From assembly GCA_037481815.1 (NCBI GenBank), contig JBBFKX010000001.1, positions 448,001 through 512,000 of the forward strand: 64,000 nucleotides of DNA. Reading direction: 5' to 3'. The notes under the pieces were generated by a model that saw only the letters and a list, made by a program, of their open reading frames with translations, was not told where the DNA came from and ran no database searches. The translations under genes and the position numbers were made by a program. Below are positions 19,698 to 29,441 of this stretch, one piece after another; the first letter of the stretch is position 1, and each line of letters opens with the position of its first letter. Source of the stretch: a candidate division WOR-3 bacterium (GTDB lineage: Bacteria > Hydrothermota > 32-111).

Positions 19698-22049
19698 TTA
19701 TTTGATAATATTTTTCAGATTAAGGTTTAACCCCTCTATCCAGAAAAGAGTTTTTTCACCATCAAGAACTATAATGGTCGGAGTCACATAAACATCAAAA
19801 TCCTTAAAAAGATCTTTTGACAATCTGAAAATATTTATCTTTTCGTTTCCAAAACCTTTTAAAAGATTATTCTCTTCGTTTACAAAAATATAAACAAAAC
19901 CATCAAAATTTTTTATAAACTCCTTATTGTTCAGAAAGGTAGAAATCGATTCTTCATTGTTCAAGTCAAGAAAAACCAGCATTTTTTTCCCATCGCTCAA
20001 AGTTTTAAAAGTTGAAAGTTTTTCAAAATTTTTAAAACTTTTAGAAGAAGCCCTATTTGACTCAAAAAAATCTTTTAAACTATCGAGTGAAACACTCATA
20101 GTGTCTGAAGTGATTTTTTTAATATACCCAAAAGATGAACCTGTTTTATCTCTTAAACCGTATATCAGATAATAATCGTTCTCATCGAGTTCAATTTTTA
20201 TCAAAGAATCTGAATTCTCAACTGTCTCTGGCTCAAATATATCAGGATTATTTACAAACTTTTCAATCGAATAATCCTCATAAATATTTTTTTCTTTCGA
20301 TACATTTTTGTCGTTTTCATAAAATTTCAGAAAAACAAATTTTTTATAATTATTTCTTTCTTCTAAACTTTTGTCTATCCACCCATTTTTAGAATAGAAT
20401 GAAACTATTTTCATATCCCAGTTAAGTTTTGCCGGAATATTCAAACTTCTCATTATTGCAACTTTCAAAATATTTTTTTCAAGTTCACTACCTTTTTTCA
20501 AGATGTAAGTTTCAAGAGGTGTTTTGATCGTTTTATAGAAGTTTTTTGAATGATCATCTTTAATATTTTTTTCTATCCATTTTGAAATTTTTTGATATGT
20601 TTTTTCTGGATCAGAGTTTTTAAATTTTTTAAACCCTTTTGAAAGTTCATACCTGTAAAAACTTATAGGTTCATAGTTGATCCTTTGTGTTAAGATATAA
20701 TTTTCAACGATACTATCCTCAAAATCTTTTACGGGGAAATTTATCGCTTTTATCTCTTTATATAGTCCAGCAGTATCAAGAGAAACAAGATCTTTTGATG
20801 AAAAGTTTTTCAAAAACATTTTAAAAATAACTTTTTGATCATCATTAAGGATTTCATAAAATTTCAAAATTTTTTGGAAATTCCCCCTTGATTCTTTAAG
20901 TATACTGTTTAACAAACTATCTTTTGTATCACCCTCATATTCAAGTTTTTCAAAATTATCTTTTCTTATGATATTTAAAGAATCAAAATTCGGCTTATAA
21001 AAAAAATCTTTTTCCTCTCTTTCAACATCGGATACTTTTAAAACGAATGACATATCTTCAATGCTATCTTTATCAAATTTAAGATAGATTGTTGTATCAG
21101 AAAAAAGATCGACTATTTTATAATTAATTTTCCCTTGTTTATAACCAAACAAAAAATATGAATTTTTTCCGAGTTCAAATTCTAAACTATCAAAAAGTGT
21201 ATCAATTAGTATTGGTAACAACCCAGAAAAATTAAAAACTGAAACCGAAACAATACCATTCTTTTCACCTTTTAATTTTAACTTCAGAGGAGAAAAATAA
21301 TTTCTTGATACATTCAAAAGATCAAAACCGTTCTGACCTTTACCAAAAACTGGAGAAAGAACAACACCAGTTCTTCTAACTTCATCTTTAAACCAGGAGT
21401 TGTTAAGATCAGATGGTTCAGCACCACCCAAAAAATACCATTTACCATCAACCCAAACCTCACACCATGCATGGTTACTGTTTGTGAATGGCCAGTAAGG
21501 TGTATACACTTCTCTTGCTGGAATCCCAACTGTTCTTAAAGATTTTATAAACAAAATCATCATCTCTTCACATCTTCCAAAACCTCTTCTTAATGTTGTG
21601 AGAGCGTTCTGATCGTAAGGTTCAGTTGGCTTATACTCGATTTTTGTATAACACCATTCGTTTATTTTAAATACGGCATCTTTCATCGAAAGGTTTTTTA
21701 CAAGTTCATAGAGTGTATCCTTGTAAATCTCATAAAAATTTTCGAGTGGTTCCTGTGATACTCTTAAAGGAATAACATAATGAAAAAGTAATGAATCATC
21801 GATCTTGTCTTTCCAACTGACCCTGTTTAGATTTTCCCTTATTGAAAGAAGGTTGTTTATAAAATTATTTCTGTTAAAATTCAAAATGTCAACATCTTCC
21901 GAGTTTTTTAAAATAAATTCTGCCCAAACTTTAACGCCATATTTTTCGCTTTCTTTTAAAAGTTGCTTCTTCTTTTTTTCAACTGAAAAGTTACAGAAAA
22001 GCAAAAAAATGATGAAAAAAAAGAAAAAATTTTTAATAAACCTTTTCAT
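19698..22049 (-). CDS. Transglutaminase-like domain envelope protein
   Basis: GRCEE...VGIPAR...NHAWCEVWVDGKW; second degenerate repeat (MRSLNIPAKL); N-terminal signal or anchor. Confidence 0.85.
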   Translation of the reverse strand: MKRFIKNFFFFFIIFLLFCNFSVEKKKKQLLKESEKYGVKVWAEFILKNSEDVDILNFNRNNFINNLLSIRENLNRVSWKDKIDDSLLFHYVIPLRVSQEPLENFYEIYKDTLYELVKNLSMKDAVFKINEWCYTKIEYKPTEPYDQNALTTLRRGFGRCEEMMILFIKSLRTVGIPAREVYTPYWPFTNSNHAWCEVWVDGKWYFLGGAEPSDLNNSWFKDEVRRTGVVLSPVFGKGQNGFDLLNVSRNYFSPLKLKLKGEKNGIVSVSVFNFSGLLPILIDTLFDSLEFELGKNSYFLFGYKQGKINYKIVDLFSDTTIYLKFDKDSIEDMSFVLKVSDVEREEKDFFYKPNFDSLNIIRKDNFEKLEYEGDTKDSLLNSILKESRGNFQKILKFYEILNDDQKVIFKMFLKNFSSKDLVSLDTAGLYKEIKAINFPVKDFEDSIVENYILTQRINYEPISFYRYELSKGFKKFKNSDPEKTYQKISKWIEKNIKDDHSKNFYKTIKTPLETYILKKGSELEKNILKVAIMRSLNIPAKLNWDMKIVSFYSKNGWIDKSLEERNNYKKFVFLKFYENDKNVSKEKNIYEDYSIEKFVNNPDIFEPETVENSDSLIKIELDENDYYLIYGLRDKTGSSFGYIKKITSDTMSVSLDSLKDFFESNRASSKSFKNFEKLSTFKTLSDGKKMLVFLDLNNEESISTFLNNKEFIKNFDGFVYIFVNEENNLLKGFGNEKINIFRLSKDLFKDFDVYVTPTIIVLDGEKTLFWIEGLNLNLKNIIK

Positions 22050-22058
22050 AAAAATCTC

Positions 22059-22793
22059 TCACTTAAAAAGTTTTACATCTTTCAAAACGCCAACAGAAAC
22101 GCTCCCAAACAGACCATACCCATTTTCAAACGATGAGAACTTTTCATCGGTCATATATTTAAAATATGAAGAATCACAAGAGATCACAAAAAAATCATAA
22201 GTTCCAGTATCAGGGAAAAGATACGAAAGGTTAAAAATCGGAAGAAATGTATCATTCTCAACGCCTGTTTGAAACAGAAAAAAACTTCCATACTCGTTTT
22301 TCTGGTTTATCTGAACCATATAAAAACCGATACCTGAACTATTCCAGATTAATATAAGAGAACTATCAATCTTGATTTGTGCAGAATCAGAGTATACTAA
22401 AAAATTCAAATTTTTGGGAGTGGAAGTTTTTGCAGTGAAAATTTTATCATCAACTTTTACCTCTATCTCATAATTGTTTTCGGGGAGAACATTTTCATCG
22501 AGCACATACACATATTTGTAACCAAAACTATCAGAATTAAGAGTTTCAAGATAAGCTGCTGTTCCATTTATCTTCACATCTGCATCTATAACAAAGTTAT
22601 TTTCTGTATTCAACGAATCTTTTATCGAAAGTGTAGAATCAACAATAACTCTTATCCTGTCATCCCCTACTTTCAAAACTGAAAAAATATAGTATCCTGT
22701 GTTATACTCTCCTTTTTCGATAATCGAACATGATACAAGAAGAATTATAAAAATTAAAAATAAAAATTTTTTAAAACTCACATTGAACTCCAA
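22059..22793 (-). CDS. Lipoprotein partner of the TonB receptor (DUF4249-like)
   Basis: Lipobox LLVSC; C-terminal NGYGLFGS; overlaps the receptor gene end. Confidence 0.65.
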   Translation of the reverse strand: MEFNVSFKKFLFLIFIILLVSCSIIEKGEYNTGYYIFSVLKVGDDRIRVIVDSTLSIKDSLNTENNFVIDADVKINGTAAYLETLNSDSFGYKYVYVLDENVLPENNYEIEVKVDDKIFTAKTSTPKNLNFLVYSDSAQIKIDSSLILIWNSSGIGFYMVQINQKNEYGSFFLFQTGVENDTFLPIFNLSYLFPDTGTYDFFVISCDSSYFKYMTDEKFSSFENGYGLFGSVSVGVLKDVKLFK

Positions 22794-25005
22794 CTGTTGG
22801 AATTATCGGAAACATGTTGAAATCCTCTCTTCTTGATGGAGAAACAGAATGATCGTAATAGTAAAAATATACATTTTTAAAGTTGAACAGGTTTATAATA
22901 TTCAAAGATAACCCCAGATTGAATTTGTTAAATTTGAACTTTTTTGAAACTCCAACATCAACCCTTTTGTATGGTGGAAATCTTGCTCCATTAAAATCTG
23001 ATTCTATTTCTTTCCACCATCCTCTATAATATTCACCAGTTATTGGATCAAAGGTATAATCCATATATTTCCCGACTACAGCAGTATAAGGTAAACCACT
23101 TCCATAGTTTATAACAAGATTAAAATTTATTCCATTCTTTAAAAGATAGGAAATGCTCAGTACAAAAGAGTTTGTTCTATCATAATAGGTTGGGTAATAG
23201 ATTGAATCTTTGAGCATTCTTACCCTTGAAAACGAATAACCAACCCAACCTGTGAGATTACCAGAACTTTTTTTCAAAAGTATTTCAAGCCCCTCACTAT
23301 AACCTTTTGTGGTTTTATAACCTTTAACAGGATCATCAAGGTTATAAAAAATATCCATCAGAGTCGTGTAAACAAGATTTTTATAATCTTTATAATAGAT
23401 TTCAAAATTCAACGACAAATCGTTTGAAAACCATTTTTCGTATCCTGCTATGTAATGTGAACATCTTAAAGGTTCAAAATTTTCAGGTACAGGCAACCAT
23501 GTCTCGCCAAAAATCGAAGAGAAATCACCTGTTTCCTGTTTTACTGAGGTTATAAACTGATAATAATCTCCAACACTAAAAGTAAACGATGAGTTCTGAT
23601 CAATAAAGTATTTGAAAGAGCCCCTTAGGTTTGGGAAAAATTTTCTGTTGAACTGGTATCTGTCTAACCTTATACCAAAGCCAAAAATATAAAAACCAGT
23701 TCTTTTGTAAGAGTAATTTAAAAATGTTGAAAAATAATAAGGATTGTTTTTGAAATTCAAAAGTTCACCTGTATCTGAAATCGTGAAGAGATAATCGAAA
23801 CTATCCCTGTAAAATTCAAAACCTGTATAAAAATTGTTTTCACCGAATTTTTTCTCAAATTTTGTTTTCCCACCATACTGATAGATATACGAATGTATAT
23901 GGACCAAATTTAAAAAATCCATCCTGTTTTTGTAATCTGAATAATAGATGTTTGAAACGATGTTTGAACTGTTGTTCAAAAGAAAAGAGTGTTCAAGAGA
24001 AACCATCCTGTTACCCCATCTCACATCAGCAACAGACACAGTATCAAGATTTATATCAAGTATATCCTGATCAAGAAAAAACGATAATTTCAAATTGTTT
24101 TTTTCGTTTATTCTATAATTTAAAGCGGAAGTAATATCATAAAAATAGTATGGGAAATCGAATCTGATAAGTTTTAGAAGTTGATCAAAATATGTTCTTC
24201 TGAATGAAACAAAAAAAGAAAAACCTTTATAAACTTTTGACTGGAAATGTAGTTTTGAAGATAACATCGATACATCGATAACAGTGTGACTTTTTTCCTC
24301 TTTTGGAGTGATACTTTTCATATCTATCACAGATGATAATCTGTTTCCAAAACTTGAGGGAAAACCACCAGCATAAAAGGTCACATTGTCTATAGAGTTT
24401 ATTTCAAATGTTGAAAAAAGACCGCCGAGATGAAATGGATTAAATATTAAGGCGTTATCAAAAAGGATAAGGTTCTGATCAGGTGCTCCACCTCTTACAT
24501 AAAGTGCTGATGAAAAATCTGATGATGCGGTAACAGAAGGGAGTAACTGAAAGGATCTCATAATGTCATTTTCAACAAGAGGAACTGAAATTTTTAACTC
24601 TTCCCTTTTATAAATTTTCTTGCTTATGGAGATTTCATTTTTGAATTCACTTTTTTCCGCTGTAATTTCACTTCCCTTATAAACCAAACTTTTTATTTTC
24701 AATTTGAAATTGTTTTTTACCTTTATGTCCTCACCTTTTGAATAAACTTTCAATGTTTCACTATGAAAACCTATGAGGTTAACAATAAGATAATATTCTC
24801 CAGAAGGGATATCTTTTAATATATAAAAACCTGTTTCATCTGTTAGATCACCTTTTACAATTTCTTTATCTTTGTTAACCATATACACATTACAAAACAT
24901 TAAGGGTTCATTCTTTTCTTCTTCAAAAACATACCCATAAAAATCATCTGAGAAAATTGTTGAAAAGAAAACCAAAAAAATAAATAAAAAAAATGAAATT
25001 TTCAT
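22771..25005 (-). CDS. TonB-dependent outer membrane receptor
   Basis: Carboxypeptidase-regulatory-like N-domain, plug YVRGGAPDQNLILFD...HLGGLFS...YAGGFPSSFGNRLSSV, barrel ending in Phe. Confidence 0.92.
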   Translation of the reverse strand: MKISFFLFIFLVFFSTIFSDDFYGYVFEEEKNEPLMFCNVYMVNKDKEIVKGDLTDETGFYILKDIPSGEYYLIVNLIGFHSETLKVYSKGEDIKVKNNFKLKIKSLVYKGSEITAEKSEFKNEISISKKIYKREELKISVPLVENDIMRSFQLLPSVTASSDFSSALYVRGGAPDQNLILFDNALIFNPFHLGGLFSTFEINSIDNVTFYAGGFPSSFGNRLSSVIDMKSITPKEEKSHTVIDVSMLSSKLHFQSKVYKGFSFFVSFRRTYFDQLLKLIRFDFPYYFYDITSALNYRINEKNNLKLSFFLDQDILDINLDTVSVADVRWGNRMVSLEHSFLLNNSSNIVSNIYYSDYKNRMDFLNLVHIHSYIYQYGGKTKFEKKFGENNFYTGFEFYRDSFDYLFTISDTGELLNFKNNPYYFSTFLNYSYKRTGFYIFGFGIRLDRYQFNRKFFPNLRGSFKYFIDQNSSFTFSVGDYYQFITSVKQETGDFSSIFGETWLPVPENFEPLRCSHYIAGYEKWFSNDLSLNFEIYYKDYKNLVYTTLMDIFYNLDDPVKGYKTTKGYSEGLEILLKKSSGNLTGWVGYSFSRVRMLKDSIYYPTYYDRTNSFVLSISYLLKNGINFNLVINYGSGLPYTAVVGKYMDYTFDPITGEYYRGWWKEIESDFNGARFPPYKRVDVGVSKKFKFNKFNLGLSLNIINLFNFKNVYFYYYDHSVSPSRREDFNMFPIIPTVGVQCEF

Positions 25006-25142
25006 ACTTATATGTTAAAATACGAACTAATAAAGTCAATATATTCGTTAGAAATTTTATATTCAGTTAATTTAAACAAAAATTAACCCAATCAATTTTT
25101 TATGAAAAAAGTTTTATGGATTTTCAATTTTAATATTTATGA

Positions 25143-27344
25143 TTATTTAATAACCTCAACTTTTTTAATAAATTCAGTATTGTTATCTTTTAATTTAACT
25201 ATATAAAATCCAGAATTCAATTCTTTTAAATCATAGACATAATTTCCTACTTTTTTATTAACCTCTTTATCAACAACTCTTCCCATAATATCAAAAATTA
25301 CAAATTCATTATTTTCACTTTTAATAGAATAACTGATCTGATTGAGCGTTACCATTAATTTAGGATCATAATTCTCATTTTTATTAAATGGATTTTTATC
25401 ATCAACACCTGTTAAAGCAAAATCTAAAATATAAAAACTTTCTTCATCAACAAGATAAATATAACCATTTGAAACAGACAAACTTCGGGCTCTTTCATTC
25501 GGAATATAATAACCAACTTCATAAGGATTAACTGGATCTTCTATATTACAGATTCTCAAACCTCCATACCCATCAGCAATATATGCGTAACTTCCTTCAA
25601 CATATATATCAATTGCTTCTCCTGGTGTATCAAAAAAGCCTATTTCAAAAGGATTGGATAAATCTGAAATATCAATTATTCTCATCCCTTCATATCCATC
25701 AGCGATATAGGCATAACTTCCTGAAAGATATACATCGAAGGCCTCACCTGGTGTATCATAAGATACTATTTTTATTGGATTTTTAGGATCTTTTACATCA
25801 ATTATTTGTAATCCTGAATCACCACAAGCAAGAAAAAGATAACTTCCTCTAACATCTAAATTATAACTTGTTGTATTTAAATAAAAAGAAGTAATACGCA
25901 TTGGATCTAATGGATTTGATATATCAAATATTCGTAAAAAATCTGACGATGTAAAATAAGCATAAATTCCGGATATTTTTATTCCATAAAATTCATCATA
26001 TAAATATTCTGTTTTTAATACTGGGAAATAAGGGTTTGTTATATCAACTATATCAAAACCACGGTTATGGGCGAGATAAGCATAATTACTTGATAATAAT
26101 ATTTGGGTGTTCCAGTAACCTGCATAACAGAAACTTACTTCTTTAGGATTAGAAGCAATAGAAACATCCAATACTCGCATTTTATAACATTTATCAGCGA
26201 TATATGCAAAATTTCCTGAAATACAGATTCCATACGGTAATCCTCTTAAACCTATTGAAGAATAAATTTCAATTGGGCTTTCAGGATTTTTTACATCAAG
26301 AATTATCAATTCACCGGTAAGACCAACTATATAAGCATAACTCTCTAAAACGTAAACATTTTTTACATAGAGAAAAGGAATTGAGTAACATCCAGTTTCT
26401 TGAGGATCAGTTGGATTAGAAACATCAATTATTCTTAAACCAGATATTCCATCGGCTATATATACATAATTATTTAAGACATATAAGCCATAAGCATTCC
26501 CAGGAGTATCAAAATATCCAACTTCTTGCATATTCGCTGGATTCGATATGTCAATAACTTTTAAACCTTTATTTATACAAGTGATATATGCATAGTTACC
26601 TTGTAAAAAAATATCTGAGAATGAAAAATTATTTATAACATAACATCCGATTTCCTTTGGATTTGTTGGATCAGATACATCAACTGCCAATAAACCATAA
26701 TTTTCAACTCCTACATAAGCAATATTGTTTGATACATATACACTGTTGGGATTACCTGATGTATAATAACAACCAACTCTTTGAGGACTTGCAGGATTTG
26801 TTACATCCAATATTATAAAACCTGAATCCATATCAGTAATATAAAGATAATTGTTCAATACAAAAAGATCAGTCCCATATTTGAATTGTTCAAAAGATCC
26901 TTCAGTTATTGGTTTAGTTGGGTCTGAAATATTTACTATCATTAAACTTGATGTATCTTCATCAGTATAAAAGGGTTCACTTTTTAGCATAACATAAGCA
27001 TACTTTCCAGATACGACCAGTCTATTCGCGATCCATTCATATCTTGAAAAAAAGTCAACATCACCAACATAAACTGGTTTTGATGGATTTTTAACATTAA
27101 AAATTACCAGGTTATTTTCAATACAAGTATACTCTAATGAATCGATTACAAATACATCTTCTGAATTACCAAAATATGGAACTCTTGAAACCATTTTGAC
27201 ATTCAAACTATCTTTGACCCATTTAGAATTATCCTTATCTCCTCTAAATTCTAATTCTGGTATCGTTAAAAAAGTTTTATTTTCTAATGAGAAAACAAAA
27301 TTATACAAAAAACCTATCAAAAAAATTATGAAAAGTTTTTTCAT
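25143..27344 (-). CDS. LVIVD-repeat beta-propeller protein with T9SS type A C-terminal sorting domain
   Basis: Many repeats of VxGxYAYIADGxxGLRIIDISNPxNP; C-terminus IFDIMGRVV...LNSGFYIVKL...IKKVEVIK. Confidence 0.9.
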   Translation of the reverse strand: MKKLFIIFLIGFLYNFVFSLENKTFLTIPELEFRGDKDNSKWVKDSLNVKMVSRVPYFGNSEDVFVIDSLEYTCIENNLVIFNVKNPSKPVYVGDVDFFSRYEWIANRLVVSGKYAYVMLKSEPFYTDEDTSSLMIVNISDPTKPITEGSFEQFKYGTDLFVLNNYLYITDMDSGFIILDVTNPASPQRVGCYYTSGNPNSVYVSNNIAYVGVENYGLLAVDVSDPTNPKEIGCYVINNFSFSDIFLQGNYAYITCINKGLKVIDISNPANMQEVGYFDTPGNAYGLYVLNNYVYIADGISGLRIIDVSNPTDPQETGCYSIPFLYVKNVYVLESYAYIVGLTGELIILDVKNPESPIEIYSSIGLRGLPYGICISGNFAYIADKCYKMRVLDVSIASNPKEVSFCYAGYWNTQILLSSNYAYLAHNRGFDIVDITNPYFPVLKTEYLYDEFYGIKISGIYAYFTSSDFLRIFDISNPLDPMRITSFYLNTTSYNLDVRGSYLFLACGDSGLQIIDVKDPKNPIKIVSYDTPGEAFDVYLSGSYAYIADGYEGMRIIDISDLSNPFEIGFFDTPGEAIDIYVEGSYAYIADGYGGLRICNIEDPVNPYEVGYYIPNERARSLSVSNGYIYLVDEESFYILDFALTGVDDKNPFNKNENYDPKLMVTLNQISYSIKSENNEFVIFDIMGRVVDKEVNKKVGNYVYDLKELNSGFYIVKLKDNNTEFIKKVEVIK

Positions 27345-27528
27345 ATTTTCTCCTGAGTTATTTTTTTATTTTATATTTTTTTTGAAGTACGATTTTACCA
27401 CAATATTTTTCTAACAAATTTCATACCAAATTAAATAGCAATAATTTCATAAGTTAAACAAAACATTTTTTTGTATTTTGCAAAACGAAAACTCTTTTTA
27501 ACAAATTTGTTCAATAAAAATCTCCTAT

Positions 27529-29397
27529 TTATTTTATCAGTACTATCTTTCTGGTTATCGTTTTACTCCCCGTTTGCAACTTCACAAAATATATCCCATT
27601 CTTTAATCCACTTATATCCGTCTTATATTCACCCAACATATCCCTCCCCTCCCTTATTATCTCCCTTCCACTTATATCATATATAACCAACACACCTCTC
27701 CCTTTGGTATTCCATATCACATTTTGCTTCAATATTTCAATCTCTATGTCTACATTCCTTACCAATAATTCTTCCTCTCCTATCCCCGTCGGTCCAAAAC
27801 TACCACTTATCACTATCGGTTCACTTATCGCATACGTCGGATACTCAAAACTCCTTATCGTCACTCCATCTGGATATATCGTATCTCCAACCATCACTGT
27901 CGGCTTCGATATTATCTCTGTTAACTCTATATACAAAACACTCTTACCACCCTCTATCTCCCATCTGCATGTGTCCAGATACCTCCCATTCGCTAAATAA
28001 CTGTGCCCACCTGATAATCTCAATATACTATCTATATTACTCTTATCTATCTTCGGCTCATTCGTCAAACCACCGAACTCTATCCTGATATAATCATCAT
28101 AATCCACTCCCTCTCCTACCACCATCCCATCACTCGCATCTGCCTTCACCATCTCTGGTGCCTCTGGATCTCTCTCAGGATCCCCCTCTATTACCCTCGT
28201 TATATTACCAGTCAATCCACATCCACTAAATATTATCTCCTCTATCCCATTCCTGTTAAAATCATAACAACTTATACAACTCTCCGTAGTATAATTTGTC
28301 GGATCCGTCCATTCCCAGATCCTCTCTAACTCATTATCCCCAATACCTTTCCATACCTCAATATGTCGCCCTCCACATATCACCAATTCCTCTCCTCCAT
28401 CTCCATCTACATCTCCATAATCCATACCTCCTCCACAACTGTATATATAATCCGTCCATACAAGAAAATCCCTACTCCAGATTGTATCATACACTCCTGT
28501 CCCGATTGTATCCTCCATTATCGCATATCCATACGACACCCACCCTGCCAAACCCACCACAGGCTGTAAATAATAAATTTGAGATTTTATTATCTCATTA
28601 ACTCCGTCATCATCTATATCCGGTAATATCAACCATTGTAAAGGGGCATATCCTCCCTCTGTTAAGGAATCTTTTTTTATAAAACAAGTATCCATTAAAT
28701 CTGCAGATTCATAAAAATACAGATAGTTGTTCGGTGATGTTATTATTATATCTGTTAATCCATCTTTATCTATATCACCTATGTCCATCGCTCCACCAAC
28801 TCGTGTTTCCTCCATAAATGTATCTCTTATCTCATATTGATTATCCCCTGTGCAGGTATAATAATACCATCCATACGCTTTCGATGGAGTTGTTAACCAT
28901 GGTATCCCCGCTCCATATATCCTCTCCACTCCATCATGCTTCAGTTTATCGGTTATTCCTAAATAATGTAAGGATTTGTAAATTGTATCTGATATCCATA
29001 CAAGAGAATCAAAAAATGATGTCCGTTCTGATTGTTCATATATCCATAATCTGTAACTCCCTGTTTTCCATACTATTATATCTTTTAAACTATCTCCATC
29101 AAAATCTCCTATTCCTAATGACATAATATAAGGATAATTCGGATCTGGGAACACTTCTTTTATTAAATTAAAATCATTGTTTCCACTATATTCATAAAAT
29201 AGTATAGCATAATTATTAAGGATTAATTCGTTTCTTCCATTTCGATTGTAATCAACATCTTTTTGTCTTAATGAATTTAGTGATGAACAATCTCCTTTAT
29301 CCAAATACGCATATTGATAAAATACCAAAGAATTAACTTCTTCAACTATCATCAAATCCATCACCAATAGAATTACTATAGAAAAAACTTTTTTCAT
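27529..29397 (-). CDS. FG-GAP/VCBS-like repeat secreted protein with T9SS C-terminal domain
   Basis: Repeated GDFDGDSLKDI, GDIDKDGLTDI, GDVDGDGGEEL, DFNRNGIEEI; C-terminus IYDISGR...LKNGIYFVKL...TRKIVLIK. Confidence 0.88.
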   Translation of the reverse strand: MKKVFSIVILLVMDLMIVEEVNSLVFYQYAYLDKGDCSSLNSLRQKDVDYNRNGRNELILNNYAILFYEYSGNNDFNLIKEVFPDPNYPYIMSLGIGDFDGDSLKDIIVWKTGSYRLWIYEQSERTSFFDSLVWISDTIYKSLHYLGITDKLKHDGVERIYGAGIPWLTTPSKAYGWYYYTCTGDNQYEIRDTFMEETRVGGAMDIGDIDKDGLTDIIITSPNNYLYFYESADLMDTCFIKKDSLTEGGYAPLQWLILPDIDDDGVNEIIKSQIYYLQPVVGLAGWVSYGYAIMEDTIGTGVYDTIWSRDFLVWTDYIYSCGGGMDYGDVDGDGGEELVICGGRHIEVWKGIGDNELERIWEWTDPTNYTTESCISCYDFNRNGIEEIIFSGCGLTGNITRVIEGDPERDPEAPEMVKADASDGMVVGEGVDYDDYIRIEFGGLTNEPKIDKSNIDSILRLSGGHSYLANGRYLDTCRWEIEGGKSVLYIELTEIISKPTVMVGDTIYPDGVTIRSFEYPTYAISEPIVISGSFGPTGIGEEELLVRNVDIEIEILKQNVIWNTKGRGVLVIYDISGREIIREGRDMLGEYKTDISGLKNGIYFVKLQTGSKTITRKIVLIK

Positions 29398-29401
29398 ATT
29401 C

Positions 29402-29430
29402 GATGGAGCAAAATCTACTTTTGCTCCATC
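29402..29430. repeat. Perfect 12-bp inverted repeat (hairpin) between SD and start codon
   Basis: GATGGAGCAAAA-TCTAC-TTTTGCTCCATC. Confidence 0.9.
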
Positions 29431-29441
29431 TCCTCCTTCTC

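Noticed and set aside
25480..26860. Repeated DNA words such as cctggtgtatca within the LVIVD gene, considered as a CRISPR array or a DGR template/variable repeat pair
   Set aside because: They are explained by in-frame protein repeats; there is no repeat-spacer periodicity, cas gene or reverse transcriptase in the window.
29402..29430. Hairpin as an intrinsic terminator
   Set aside because: No U-tract follows on either strand, and it lies between an SD and a start codon; reported as a translational element instead.
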